From NCBI GenBank assembly GCA_028534125.1, contig CM052818.1:21454001-21518000 (forward strand): 64,000 bases of DNA, in the 5' to 3' direction. The notes under the pieces were generated by a model. That model did not search any database and was not told the DNA's origin. It saw nothing but the letters and a program-made list of their open reading frames with translations. Shown here in pieces: positions 13,738 to 26,200 of this stretch. The number at the start of each line of letters is the position of its first letter. The stretch's first letter is position 1. The translations under genes were made by a program, and so were the position numbers. The DNA comes from Lama glama (lineage: Eukaryota).

Positions 13738-13759
13738 TTTCTTTCTTCTCCTCTCTTAC

Positions 13760-14270
13760 CAAAAGGAAGGAAGAAAAGAAAGAAGCAAAGAAGGGAGGGA
13801 AGGAAAGAAGTCATAAGATGAGTGAGAAGAAAACCAGAAAGGTAAAATGTCATGGAAGTTACAAAAAGACACATTTCAGAAAAGGGGCAGGTCACCCATG
13901 TGAAAGACTGAAGGATCAAGGAAAATGAAGATTCTGGAATCTGACAATTAAGAATATATCGAAGTGGGGGGAGGGTATAGCTCAGTTGAAGAATGTGTGC
14001 TTAGCATGCACGAGGCCCTGGTTCAATCCCCAGTACCTCTGTTAAAATAAATAAATAAGTAAATAAGTAAATAAGTAAATAACCCTACCTATGTCCCCTG
14101 CTCCAGGAAAAAAGGATATATCCATAATTTCTGAAATCACTTCATCAGAAAAGTCTGAGGGCATAAGAAGAATCAGCAATTAAGCTGAGGACGCAAGGAA
14201 TGCAGATTCCTCTTCCAAGAGTTTAGAGAATGGAGAGGAGAAAGATGGCTGAGGCTTAGGGACTGCAGAA
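13760..14270 (-). mobile_element. L2 LINE fragment (hosts a vic-1 SINE)
   Basis: gagaagaaaaccagaaagg...tgtcatggaag and tgcagattcctcttccaagagttt are antisense L2-like. Confidence 0.5.
13963..14111 (+). mobile_element. tRNA-Ala-derived camelid SINE (vic-1 type)
   Basis: gagggtatagctcag...gtgcttagcatgcacgaggccctggttcaatccccagtacctc (tRNA-Ala(AGC)-like A/B boxes), then aaat/aagtaaat repeats and an A tail; TSD aagaatatatc (13950-13960)/aaggatatatc (14112-14122) preceded by TT. Confidence 0.9.
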
Positions 14271-14949
14271 CTAGGAAGGATTCCGGCACTCTCACTTGCT
14301 GATTTCCTTTTTTTTTTTTTTTTTGGCTGGTAACCCCTGAGCATGTTTGTAAACAGAAAAGAAGAAATTAGTAGCGGGAGAGAGGTAAAAGACACAAGAG
14401 ATAGACAAGGAAAGAGAGGAGGCTTGAGAGCACAGATGGAGGGTTTAGCTTAGGAAAGGAGGGAGTCGAGCCTTTCTCGGGATGGGAGAGAAGCGGAGAA
14501 GATGGTTGGGTTTGTTTTTTTTTCCCTTGTGGGGAAGAAATCATTAGGCGCCAAGAATGAGAGGCTATTAGCAGGGTAGAGAAACAACAAAGCTGTATAA
14601 TCAACTCTTAATTATCAGCATTTTGGTTTATCAGCTTCAAATCTTGCTTTCAAGCAAGTTAGCACTTACTCAGCTTAATTACTTGCTTTGTTAGCATTTC
14701 CAACTCAATGTAATATAACTTTGTATGCAGCCTGCAGCCCAGCAGGGTAGCATTTTGACACCTGAACACTTAACCACTTCCGTTGTTCTGGGGAAGGATT
14801 TTTCTGTAGGGCACTTGGGTTGAGGTTGGGGGCTTCACAGCAGTCTGAGAGACAAGCAGTTAAGCTTTCCAGGTGTTACTGACTGTGTTTCCATTGTGTG
14901 GAAGCATTACTTTGTTCACAGTGATTTCCCAGAGTGGATATATCTCTTT

Positions 14950-15110
14950 CTTCAATATTTTATTCAACTAACAATGATTCAACCCCAGCCAACAGCCAGA
15001 GACTGTGCTCTAGGTTTTGGATACTAAGATGGTCCCTGCAGTCCCAGCACTGATAGTCTAGTGGCAAAGGCCAACGTAAACAGATCATTATAATACAAGG
15101 GGTATGTGCA
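14950..15110 (-). mobile_element. L2 LINE 3'-end fragment
   Basis: gactgtgctctaggttttggatactaagatggtccctgc...tagtctagtgg...gtaaacagatcattataatacaa. Confidence 0.55.
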
Positions 15111-17385
15111 CAATATCAAAGTACACATGCAAATAACCAAGTGTAAGTCACAGTGGGTTGCATTACCATCTCGGATTATCAACCTTTCCTCCCATCTTAA
15201 ACAGTTCATATAATAATGCACTGACCATATTCTAGTTGATTCATATACAGCACGGTAGAGAAATGAGGTATCCTGCGAAATCTGATAGAAACGTCCAGTA
15301 TAGTGAGCACTCTCAGTTGAGTGATTCTGCATAGACTTCTTTCATGGGGAAAATTCAGTTAACTTCTTTTTTCTTTAGGTAACACAAGGTTTTGGTGCAT
15401 AAAAAACAGCAAACATGATGCAAACTTTTCTTCATTCCTTCTAAAGGGGGTTTGCTACGAAGATGGATTACTGTGCTGGAAAGGTAGGAAGCAGAGAGCT
15501 CCTAGGTGCCTGGAGCCAGCCAGACACTGGATCTTCCACTCCGTGAGCCTGGCGCCCTAAGGGATGGGTGTCCTAAAAGGCTGCTCAGTTACCCTGGGCT
15601 GTTTGCCTCTACGTCTCCCAATTTCTTTGTAAGTGATGTTCTCATTTTCTTAACGTTAGTGTTTAAATCTTTGCTTCTCTTTCCAATGACCTCCATTGTC
15701 CTCTAGTCTCCCTTCATAGTCTTTCTTTTTCCCCCTTTCCTTTGTTCTCATTTTGCCTGGCTCTTTCACCTGACATTCTCCTGTGTTTCCAGGTTTTGCA
15801 GCTAGTGCCTTGGTTTGTAAAGCTACCATGACTAAACCAGGTCCCTTTTCCTTTTAATTAGCAAACCAAGCAATCACACTGGGCAAATATAATCTTTAGG
15901 TCTCCAGCTATTCTTTTAAACCACTCACTGTCTTAAGGCTTCTTTCTTTGCCCACAGGGCCAACTTTTTAAAACAAACAAGATCATATATATGGAGGTGC
16001 TCTGTCATCCACCAAGAAATACACAATTAATTAGGATTGTTAGTATTCCTTGTTTTAACACTGCTCTGATGTCTAAGGTTGCCTTAAGAAAAAATTACTG
16101 ATTTATTTTGATTAGGTGGTTACAAAATATCTATTTACAAAACCAGCTACTTTTCAAATAAACAGCTACAAATAGAATTCACCTAACCCTCAAACTGTAC
16201 AAAATATTGTTATTTTTCAGTCTTTAAAAAAAAATGACTCACAAGGTACTTGTAGATCTTATAATGCCTCAGAGTTATAGTATCTCAACTAACACAAAAC
16301 TATAAATATACAAAAGTACCCAGTAATCCAGAGCTTGGTTGATAGCTTGGCAAATAAAGCAGCTCTCAGTTTCTGAAATTGGGAAACATAGAGACAATGC
16401 CCTCCCAAGCCATATTCTCCCGCTGTGTCATGATGTTCCCTTTGAATGAACAGACGCCCTGCTCATGTCAAAAGAGACTAAATTGGAGAAGAAAGTCCCT
16501 GAACTCAACTAAAAAGGAGCAGTGCCCTAATGGTACAAATGGTTGTTTTATTCTGCAAACGTAAATTAAAGAGGGATTCAGCAAATGTCAAACTAAGAGC
16601 AGATGGAAAAAAAAAAAACCTCCACAAAATTATTTACTGTTTTAGCTACAGAAACTAGAAAAGTGGCATTTCAAATCAAAATTGTAAAAAACTCCACCCA
16701 CTCCACTTGGGAGCTGTATTCAGTTTGAGCAGGTTGTTCTGAGAGCGGAATGCACTCTTCCCAAGTATGTATTGCTGCCATTCACCAGACCTCCTTGCTA
16801 GCCTGCAAGCAGCTATCTCCCCATTATACATCCAAAGAGTAATCAGGGTGAAAAGGACAGTCAGTGTAAGAAGAAATAATTGCAGCTTAAACTCCTCTTA
16901 CTCATTAGGAAGCAAGACTCTTTGGGGGAGTGTGGGGGGTGGGGTGGGTCAGGGAGAACAGTATTGAGTTTTCATCATCCTGTCAGGGCAGGTCAAGTTT
17001 TAGCTCTAGCAATTTTGGCATGATTTTCTATAATCGCATTACAGTTAAAAGTATATTAATCACAGTAACTATCACCATCCCATGGTGAGATTAATACTTG
17101 CAGGAAGGACAGGAAAAGAATCTGAAGTCTGTCCTGCGGTCTGCTTCTGTGTGTTTGGTGAGAGCTGCCTTTTGTCTTGGAGAAATATGATTAAGGCTCA
17201 GTAAAGAACAGTTATGAAAATATAACCTCCTTCTTTCACTGTCGACATAAAAGAAATACATGAAAGAAAGAACTGGAGATGGTTAAGAAGGATTGGGGCT
17301 TGAAATTTAAAGGCCCCAACCAGCTGATAATATTTCACAAGAAAAATCCATGAAAGCTCAAGTTAAGCATAAGATGTCTCTATAC

Positions 17386-17602
17386 CAGCAGTTCTCAACC
17401 AGGGGAGATGTTACACTCAGGGTACATTTGGCAATGCCTGGAGATGTTTTTGGTTGTCACACTAGGTGGGAATGGGGTGCTACTGGCATCATGAGTAGAG
17501 GCCACTGATACTGCTAAACATCTTCAATGCCCAGGGCAGCCCCACACGACACAGAGTTATCCAGTCTAAGACGTCAATACTGTCAACTGCTCAGAAAACT
17601 TG
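17386..17602 (+). mobile_element. MER20 hAT-Charlie DNA transposon (MITE)
   Basis: cagcagttctcaaccagggg...acatttggcaatgcctggagatgtttttggttgtcac...tgctactggcatc...ctgctaaacatc...agaaaacttg matches recalled MER20 end to end; degenerate 8-bp TSD ctctatac/ctccagat. Confidence 0.9.
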
Positions 17603-18249
17603 CTCCAGATAAACTAGAAGGGAGACAAATATTTGCATTTAATTTTTACTCTATATTCCTATTACCCATCTGAGTCTTTACTATTAAGATGTTTGAGACT
17701 GTTATGCATGTTGTAGAAAAATACATGGATGTCACAAATAGGGCTGGAGATGAAGGAGATTAACAGATGACAGAAAAGGATATAGCTTTTAAGTGAATCT
17801 TGAAGGGAAAGAAAGGGGGATAGTTTTTGAGAAGGGTGCTTGGCATGGGAACATCCAAGACAATGAGCTTGATTCATGATTTGATATTGTTTCAAAATAA
17901 CTTAATCACATAGTACACTCCTAAAGGAGACTACAAAGTCAGCTAATCAATAATACTGGGGCATTTTAAAAGCTCCATGTTACCTTTGAACAAAATGGCA
18001 GCACCTATTAACCCTGTAAGCGTTTCCTAGGCAGCTACCAGAACCTAGGACTGGGAAGGTCTGGTAAGTCAACTAAGGTGACGCAGGGCCTGGAAAAGAT
18101 GGATAGCTCAAGAACTTCCTTGGCAAAAAGGATGCCGTGGTTAGCAGGAGAGGTGGGCTATGTTTTAGGTATGGAGTGCAATTTCTAAGAAACCGCGGAG
18201 GAAGGACTGGCTAAAGGCGATGTTGAAAAGACAGAATGAACTGAGGTAG

Positions 18250-18394
18250 AATCTCTCAAAGTTTGATTCCTGGATCAACAGCATCATCTGGGAACTTATT
18301 AGAAATGCAAATTCTCACCTCCCACTTCAGACCTCTCAAATCAGAGACTCTGGAAGTGGAGCCAAGCAATCTGTGTTTTAATAAGCTCTCCTGG
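18250..18394 (+). mobile_element. MER5A hAT-Charlie MITE (3'-truncated)
   Basis: ctcaaagtttg...cagcatcatctgggaacttattagaaatgcaaattctc...tcagagactctgg...agcaatctgtgttttaataagc. Confidence 0.85.
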
Positions 18395-18496
18395 ACCATA
18401 TGGAATTTTACACATAGGTCAAAAATGATCACTTATCAGCATTTTCTTATAGTTGAACCTAATACATTAAGCACTTCTGTTCACTGTCACCATGAC

Positions 18497-19485
18497 AGTG
18501 GTAAAAAGATAAGCTGAAAACTTGGAGATCATTGGAACACATAACTCACCAAGGATTAGGATCCAGAGTATAAAAAGAATGCTTTAAAAATCAAAAAGAA
18601 AAAGACAATCCAATCAAAAAATGGGCTGAAAACATGTATAGGCATTTTACAGAAGAGGAAACATGAAAGCTTACAATCACTGAAAGAACTGATTAGTAAG
18701 CAGGAAAATACAGATTAAGCCCATAATCAGATGCCGTTACTGAACTACCAGACTAGCAAAACTTAAAAAGTCAGATGGTACCAAGTTTTGGCAAAGAGGT
18801 AGAGGAAGAAAAACTTCCCCCCATAATTATAGTAATATAAATTGATAAAACACTTTGGAAAACAATCAGGTAATATCTAGTAAAACTGACCCAGTAATTC
18901 CACTCCTCAATATATACCCTACAGAAATTCTTGTACTTACACACACACCAGGAGCCAAGGACAAGAGTGTCCATAGTAGCATAGTCATTAATAGCAAAAA
19001 GAAAAAAAATCCAGAAAATGACATCAAGTCCAGTTAAAATAGAAAAATATATTGTGGTATGAGCATACAGGAGTATTCTACATGGCAGCAAAAATGAATG
19101 AACTACACCCAATGTGGATTTTTTTTTTAATTAAAAGGTGAGTGACAAAGCAAGTCACAGGAGAATATATTAGATTCCATCCACATAAAGTTCAAAAACA
19201 GGCAAAACAAAATGTATTATTTAGGGATTCATACATACATGGTAAAATTACAAAGAAAAACAAGGGAATGATAGCAAAACTTCTAGAGAGTAGTTATTTT
19301 GGCAGTGGAGGGAGAGGAATACCCTTGTGGAAGGACACACAGGAGGTGTCGTAAAACATTGGTAACATTCAATTTCAGGTGGTGGGGACACAGGTATTAT
19401 TTTTCATTTCTCTTTGAATGAAGCACATACATTATATATATTCTCTTGTATGTGTATTTACCCCCTCAAAAGTCAAGAAAAATAA
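18497..19485 (+). mobile_element. Old L1 (L1ME-type) ORF2 end and 3' UTR
   Basis: aatccaatcaaaaaatgggc...ggcattttacagaagaggaa; gacccagtaattccactcct...atataccctacagaaattcttg; ttcaaaaacaggcaaaac...tatttagggat. Confidence 0.8.
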
Positions 19486-19489
19486 GAGC

Positions 19490-20700
19490 AAACTGGATGA
19501 GGTGGTAGAACAGTAGAGACAACTCTTTGGGTGCCTTTTGCTGTCAGGGGAGCAGAGGAACAAGATAGCTCAAGAAGTTACAAAGTCAAGAGAGTCTTCT
19601 CTTTCCTTTTCTTAAGATGAGTGATATCACCATATGCTTTTATGGTGATGGGAGTTCATCAGCAGTGAGGGAAATGTGGTAATGAAGGAATGATTATAGG
19701 AGCAAAATATGTAAGCTGGTGAAGAGAGCTGGGCTCTGGAGCATAAATGGAGCAGCTAGAAGAAGCCAGGGCAGTTTATCCATCACTGCTGAAGGGAAGA
19801 TGGAGACACAGGCTCAGGTACAGTGGATGCCAGATTTGGTGATGAGAAGATGAGGAGTTCTAGTGTAATTGTTTCTATTCTCTCAAGAAATATCGGCCAG
19901 GTCCTGATAGGAGAGGAGATGTCACAGGTTTGTGAAGAGCAAATTTATAGGGAAATGTAGCAGAATTTTTCAAACACTGATTTGAGATCTGTGGTCATAG
20001 ATCCAAAGCAGGACTAGAGTTTAATTAGGGCTGGGTGAGGTTATTGAGGGGAGAGAGAGGGAGGAGTGTGGAGGATGTGTCAAGGATGAATTATACAGTG
20101 ATGAGGATGGAACATGTAAAGATGAGAAACAAAATGAGAACCTGAAGAGGGCAGGAAGAGTGATGGGCAAAGAAAAATATACAAGGTCAATGGAGTTGGG
20201 GTCTGAAAAGGTTCCACATTGTTGGAGTGCAGTTAACCCAGTAATTTAGCTGTAGGAGGAAAAAAAGGTAAGGATTGGAGCTTGGGATGCTGGATTTCAG
20301 TTACTGGTGTGACAAGGTCTAGAGTGCAACTTGGGAGGCAGTACTTAAGATGGTATGGAGGCAAAGAACTATGGAGATTAGGGAGAGGAATGAAGAAACT
20401 AGGGCTGGATCATCTATCTACGTAGATGTTGAGGACTTCGAGAATAATAACAAAGACAAAGATAGGAAGCTAAGTTCTAATATCTTCAATACATGGCAGG
20501 CAGTGTCTTAGAGATCAGCAGATATTTACAGCAAATGCTTCAAAGGGGCTACAGATTTTGAGAGAGAAGGAAGGAAGAGGAATGTGAGTAAGTGGCAACA
20601 TGGAGCCTTGGTAGGTGGGTAAAAGAGAGAAACAACCTCCAACTTCTAAGAGGGCTGCAAGGGTAGCAGGGTCCTCAGGAGAGAGCCAGATGCGGGCGTC
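19490..20700 (-). mobile_element. L2 LINE internal region
   Basis: Long purine-rich antisense L2-like tract (agagacaactcttt...ttttgctgt..., agaagatgaggagttctagtgtaattgtttctattctctcaa). Confidence 0.6.
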
Positions 20701-21859
20701 TTCTGCTGCTGACAGAGATGAGCAGGGGAGTGAGTCATGATGGAATCAGTCCACACAGTCTCCTAGAAGATGTGGCATCAATTCCAACTAGAGCTGGGAG
20801 GCTTTAGCTAGAAAGAAAGGGCCATTAGGAAATGGTTAGATCCTTGAGCTCCCAGAGTGGGGTGGTCTGAAATGGAGGCTCTCTTTCCAAGAACATAAGC
20901 TGGTGCAAAGGTCTCTGAGGTCTCATCTCTCCCACAGCTATAATGCCCACTTCAGGACATTTTATGAAATGCCTACATGAGTATGGCTACAATCTCAGGC
21001 TCTGTATATAACCTGTACAAAGCTCTAAGTTTTATAAGTCAGAAGATTTGAGCATAGGTGAAAGTATTACTTCTTTTCTGTGGATTCTTAACTAACTGAG
21101 ATCAGATACCAGGAGACAAAAATAAATCAAGATACAAGGTCAGTTTCATTACTGGCAAAGTTGGACTGAAGAACATGATCAGTCCCCCTCCATCCTTCTG
21201 AACTTAGACCTTGGGCTTCCCCTATCTGCCCTGTCTGCAGGACAGGAAGCTTAAGGACACCAGGCCCTGCTTACTCTATGTATCACATGTTGGGGTCAGT
21301 AGCTCAGGAGGAATCCTGGACCTTTTCATTCAAGCTGAGAGTACATAGTATACTGGGAAAATGTTGTTAAAAGAAAAAGTGGCAGAATTTAGTCAAGTTT
21401 AGAGTAGAGAATACTTAAAAGCCCAATATTATTTCAGTATTAATTTCTTACACAATGACTTGAAGAAACTGCCTGAAATTCTGCTCAGAACCACTACCTC
21501 CCACCTCCCTTATTCAAATTGGGCAATTTTGTGCCTCACATTTTATTTTTTCCTTATCTATGCTTAAGTTGTAAATTGAAATCTCATAACCTGTTTCCAA
21601 AGATCAAACTTGCATTTCTAATTGCCTGAGAAATAGTTCAACTTGGATGTATCTTTAAAGGTTCAAAGCAAATTGTTTAAATTCAATAAGTGATTTGGTC
21701 CCCTTTTGAGGACATAAATATATACACTTCTTCTGCGGAAACTCTCACGTGGGTCTTCTCTTCAGTCCTGTAGCCCGTGTTCTCACTTAGGCCTTCGTAT
21801 TTTAACAGTTTCCCAATTTGATATATGGACCCCAAATCTAATGAAACTCTGATCTTTGA

Positions 21860-21990
21860 CTAATTAACTAATGAATTCAACAAACTTGTAATGGGTATAT
21901 ATATGTAAGATAATACTAGGTACTGAAGGAGACAGAAAGATGAATACAACCCCCTTTTCAGCCTTAGGATGCTTATAGGGCATATAAGAA
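21860..21990 (-). mobile_element. L2 3'-end fragment
   Basis: attcaacaaact...actaggtactgaaggagacagaaagatgaata. Confidence 0.55.
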
Positions 21991-22501
21991 AAATAACAGT
22001 AAAATAATGAGGACAGGGAAATCAAGGGACAAATCCCTTCAAATTCTTATCAACCATTCAGGAAGTTCAAGAGGGAAGACTGTCATTGCCTGGTTCAAAG
22101 GCAATGACTTGATAAATTAAAATCAAACTCATTGTTGTACCCCTGGCACTTAAGAGCACTACCTGTCACCTGAAGATGATCAACACACCTTTGTTATATA
22201 AATGATTGAAAAGATTTACAAACAAAATGATACCTTGAGGAAACAAGAGTTTAGATGGCTAAAGAGGATGAATGATAAGATGTTATAGGTGAGCAAAAAC
22301 CCTTGAATCTAGACATGGGAGAATGACTCACATTTCCCTGAGGTCATGTTATGTGTGCAGGAAGGAGAAGAAAGGCTCACTTTCTTATGAATGCAAAGCT
22401 TATGAAAATGGACTTGAGTGGAAAGAGACTAAGACCTTGACAAAGTTGTTGCCCTCTGAAGTCTACAATGAAATGTCCAGAGTCAAGATGCCAAACAAGA
22501 T

Positions 22502-22557
22502 TACACAGAAGGGGAAGCTCAGAGATACACAGAAGGGGAAGCTCAGAGATACACAGA
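22502..22557. repeat. Perfect 24-bp tandem duplication (2.3 copies)
   Basis: tacacagaaggggaagctcagaga at 22502-22525 and 22526-22549, followed by tacacaga. Confidence 0.95.
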
Positions 22558-22689
22558 TTTACTTATTTATTTATTTAAAGATGGTAGTTAAATATTTGTT
22601 GAGTCAATGATGTGGAAACTACAAAGCATGGGGAAGCTCCATGACTACTATACAACTTCTGAAGCATAAGAACATCTTTATTAAGGTGG

Positions 22690-23175
22690 AGAAATGCAAA
22701 CACATGCATGATCCTGGGTTGGATCTTGGAACAACATCCCCTCCTCACCCAGCCCCACCACACGCACACACACACAAACACACACACAAAATCTATGAAG
22801 AACTTTATTGGGATAATTGGTGAAATTTGAGTATAGACCATAGATTAGATAATAGCATTATATCTATATTAAGTTTTCTGATTTTGTAACTATACCTTGG
22901 CTATTTTGGAGAATGTCCTTAATTCTTGATAAATACAAAGTGAATATTTAAAGAGTCAGGATAACTGCCACTTCTCTCAACTTGTTCAGAAAAAAAATTA
23001 ATACTTAACTATTCACATCTTATGTAATTTATATCACTCTACCCATCTAGAAAATAATAAAGCCAATGGGGTAAAATATTAACAATTGATGAATCCAGGT
23101 AAACAGTATATGATAATTCTTTGAACTATCCTTGAAGTCTTTCTGTAGATTTAAAATTGCATTAAAATAAAAAGT
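22690..23175 (+). mobile_element. Old L1 (L1MC/L1ME-type) 3' UTR with internal CA repeat
   Basis: atgatcctgggttggatcttgga...ttattgggataattggtgaaatttgagtatagac...gagaatgtcctt...gtaaaatattaacaattgatgaatccaggtaaa...aaaataaaaagt. Confidence 0.75.
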
Positions 23176-23224
23176 CATTTCTCCTATCGAAACAAAAAAA
23201 CAAGAAAGAATACCTTCCTTTCAA

Positions 23225-23850
23225 ATTTTAATGGATTGAGTTTTGAAGTGCATGTCCACTTTGCAAGTACAGGAGGAAAATATAGCTTAATAGTCACTGA
23301 TGTGGCTAAGACATAATTTCCATTGATAGTAAGTAAAGTATAAATCCATTTGATACAACTGCCAAAGATGCTACAAGATCTTCAGAGCCGGTGGCATATA
23401 ATGGCAATGGAGACCAGATGGACCCACTCTCCTCTATAATGGTAATTCAGCTACAAGAGTACTGAGTGTCATTCTGAGTATCATACTTTTAAGATGGATA
23501 CTGAAAACTGGAGCAGACCAACAGGAGAGAAAACAAGGATAGGAGCAGACCAACAGGAGAGAACAAGGGTAGGAAAAGGAAATTTTCAGATAAAGAGTTG
23601 ACTGAGTCTGGGGAAGAGAAGTCTCGTGAAGACATAAGAATGAAACATGGAAGTTGTCTTCAAACATTAGAAGTGATAAAGTGTGAAAAAGGGTATCTGT
23701 CTCAGCTCAGATTGAGAACAAGCTTTCCCAGTAATTGGATCTGTCCAAAATCATACAGGTTTGCCTTAGGAATCGCGAGGTTTTTATAATTGGAAATATT
23801 CAAGCAAAGCTAGAACAACTACTCATCTAAGACACTGTGAAGAGCATCCA
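23225..23850 (+). mobile_element. L3/CR1 LINE fragment (ORF2 3' end and 3' UTR)
   Basis: gagtactgagtgtcattctgagtatcatacttttaagatggatactgaaaactggagcagacca, gggaagagaagtctc, gttgtcttcaaaca and tggaaatattcaagcaaagctaga follow recalled CR1/L3 motifs in order. Confidence 0.7.
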
Positions 23851-24878
23851 CAAGGAGAAAAGTACAATGATGTGATTTGAAGGTGACTCACAGGGCCCAG
23901 TAGGGAGTACTGCTGCCATTGGAGGTGGTAGTTGATACTTCTTGATCATGCTTATTTTATCACTCTCTGAAACCTAAAGAGATTTGGGATATCTCATAAG
24001 CAGAAAATTCTGTCTATCACCTCTCCACTTCAAAGTATCTCAGACTTAAGTCTAATGCCACTGTTGGCCAAGTTAAACATTGGCAGCTTCATTCTCTCCT
24101 ACTGAAATACTAGCAAGTTTACGATTGTTCTTTCCTAGAAAAAGAAACAGAAATTAATTACTGGGGCCAGCACCATCACACTGTACTGGATATTCCATCA
24201 CACTGAAAGCAGAGCTGGTATCCTTCAAGATATACTGTAAGAGTATTCTTACAGCAATACAAAGGCTTAAACGCTTGCTCATAACTATTGCTACTATTAC
24301 CTAAATAAAGAAGAATAAATAAAATACAGTAAAATTAAATGTGTTGTTCTTCTGTACTAAACCTAATTCTACTCTGTAAATTAGGCAAGCCATCTAACTT
24401 TCATCATGAACCACCTCACAGCAGGAATAAGAGAAATCAATTCATTCTACTCTAGTTATTGAATGGTATAAAGATGATATAACAAGCAATACATACAAAA
24501 AAATAACGGTTTAATAAAACTAGCTTTACTATTATAGATTGGTAGGGTAAAAAAGCCAAGTCTTCCCATATGCCACAACTAAAAGGATTCTCTCTGTTCA
24601 ATACATATATTTTTAAAAAAATCTACTGCCAAAAGCATAACATTGATTCCATATATCACTAGTAGCTTTCAAAATAGATTGACCAGATCTTAAAGGAAAA
24701 ACCTAAACATTTCCCTCAAATGTAGTTTGATCTTAATGTTTCTATGAACTTTGAAAGAAGCATAAGAGGCATATTTTAAAAAACTTAGTAGCTCACTGAA
24801 AGGACTGAAAATTGAAATGTGGGGAAAAACATTACTTCCATTTCTCATATTGCCATTTTCATTGGCTATGTTCTATAG

Positions 24879-25147
24879 TAGCAGTTCTCAAAGTGTGACC
24901 CAGGGCCCTGAGCATCCTCAAGACAATAATAATAATAATAACAATAACAACAACAACAACAATAATAATAATGATTAAAAATATAATAAATAAAAATAAA
25001 AATTATTATTATTATTAGCAGTAGTAGTAGTATTTATTTGTCCTTTTCATTCTCATTTTCTTACGAGGCTATGTGATGTAGGATATTGCAACATACTGAA
25101 TGCAGCAGATAGGAGAATCTGGCTATTGCCTATTAAGACAAACATTA
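24879..25147 (+). mobile_element. hAT-Charlie (Charlie1-like) fragment containing an (AAT)/(AAC) microsatellite
   Basis: tagcagttctcaaagtgtgacc TIR-like start; tttttcattctcatt...gaggctatgtgatg...actgaatgcagcagataggagaatc...tattaagacaaacatta; simple repeats at about 24924-25032. Confidence 0.6.
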
Positions 25148-25273
25148 GTATGTTAACTAGACTTACTGTGGTGATCATTTCACAAAATACATAAGTATCA
25201 AATCATTATGTTGTACACCTGAGACTCTTCACTGAGAGGGATGAGGGGAATCACAGCAATGGTAACCTTGTCA

Positions 25274-25423
25274 AAGGAGTTTCACGAGTTATCTTATTTT
25301 GCAATTGAGGAAATGAAGTCTACTGGAGGGTAAGCAGACGGCCCAAGGTCATCCAGCCGTAAGTCTCAAAGCTGAGATGTGAATTAAGGTCTGCCTGACT
25401 TTGAAGTCTCTGTTTTAAACACT
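25274..25423 (-). mobile_element. MIR SINE
   Basis: attttgcaattgaggaaatgaag...gcccaaggtcatccagccgtaagt...aggtctgcctgactttgaag. Confidence 0.75.
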
Positions 25424-25546
25424 TTGCTAATCTGTCAGTGCATTCACATTAAATCACACTTTTCTAAAGAAATTTTTCAGAGGGTCAGCGTGCAACTGGG
25501 CACAGAGGCAGTTCTAATACACAGTCAGCTAGGCCACCACTTCGGG

Positions 25547-26200
25547 CAGTGGTTATCCTCTCTAGCACATCCAAGGCCCCCTGTTTATAGTAACTCTCTT
25601 ATGTTTCCTTTGATCTCTTGAAATGAAACCCATAAGTAATATCACCTACCTATGAAGATATTTTTAATACTCTAAATAGGACACTAGGAGAAAAGTAATT
25701 CATAATAAGTAATATACATATCAATATGTAAATACGTGGGCAGGACAGCACTAGGAGATATATGGAAGCAGTCAGATGCTTGCTGTTAAGTGTAGAATCA
25801 CCCTGAATTCAGCAACAGTAATTACAGAATGACGTAGGTGTTCTGTATTGGAGGCTCAGTTACTAGTGGCTTTTGCTATCAATTGACATGATATTCTGGA
25901 ATAGAAAAGTTGTGAAACAAAACGAAATGCAGTCTTCCTTTGATTTCCAAGCAGCTACGTTTATGGAAAACTCAGGGAAGTAAAACTGTACCAAAAATCA
26001 TTTGTTCTTGTACGTAAAATGGAGTTGAGTTCTCAGCTTGGATTTTTTACCATACAAGTGTTAGTTAAAATGTTCATCGTAATGGGAGACAGGAGACTGG
26101 TAACCTTTGACCCTCATCCTTGACCAGTAGCTTCTCCCAATATTGTGATAGTTTTAAAACATCCTACAAAAATTTTAAATGTAGTCTTTAAGAACCACTG
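25547..26200 (+). mobile_element. hAT-Charlie DNA transposon (MER20B-like)
   Basis: Terminal inverted repeats cagtggttat (25547) / agaaccactg (26191-26200); internal ttgaaatgaaacccataagtaatatcacctacc and tacgtaaaatggagttgagttct resemble recalled MER20B. Confidence 0.65.

Noticed and set aside
13970..14041. Apparent tRNA-Ala(AGC) gene
   Set aside because: Mutated D and T arms, SINE tail and TSD, with two related copies elsewhere in the window; it is a SINE head
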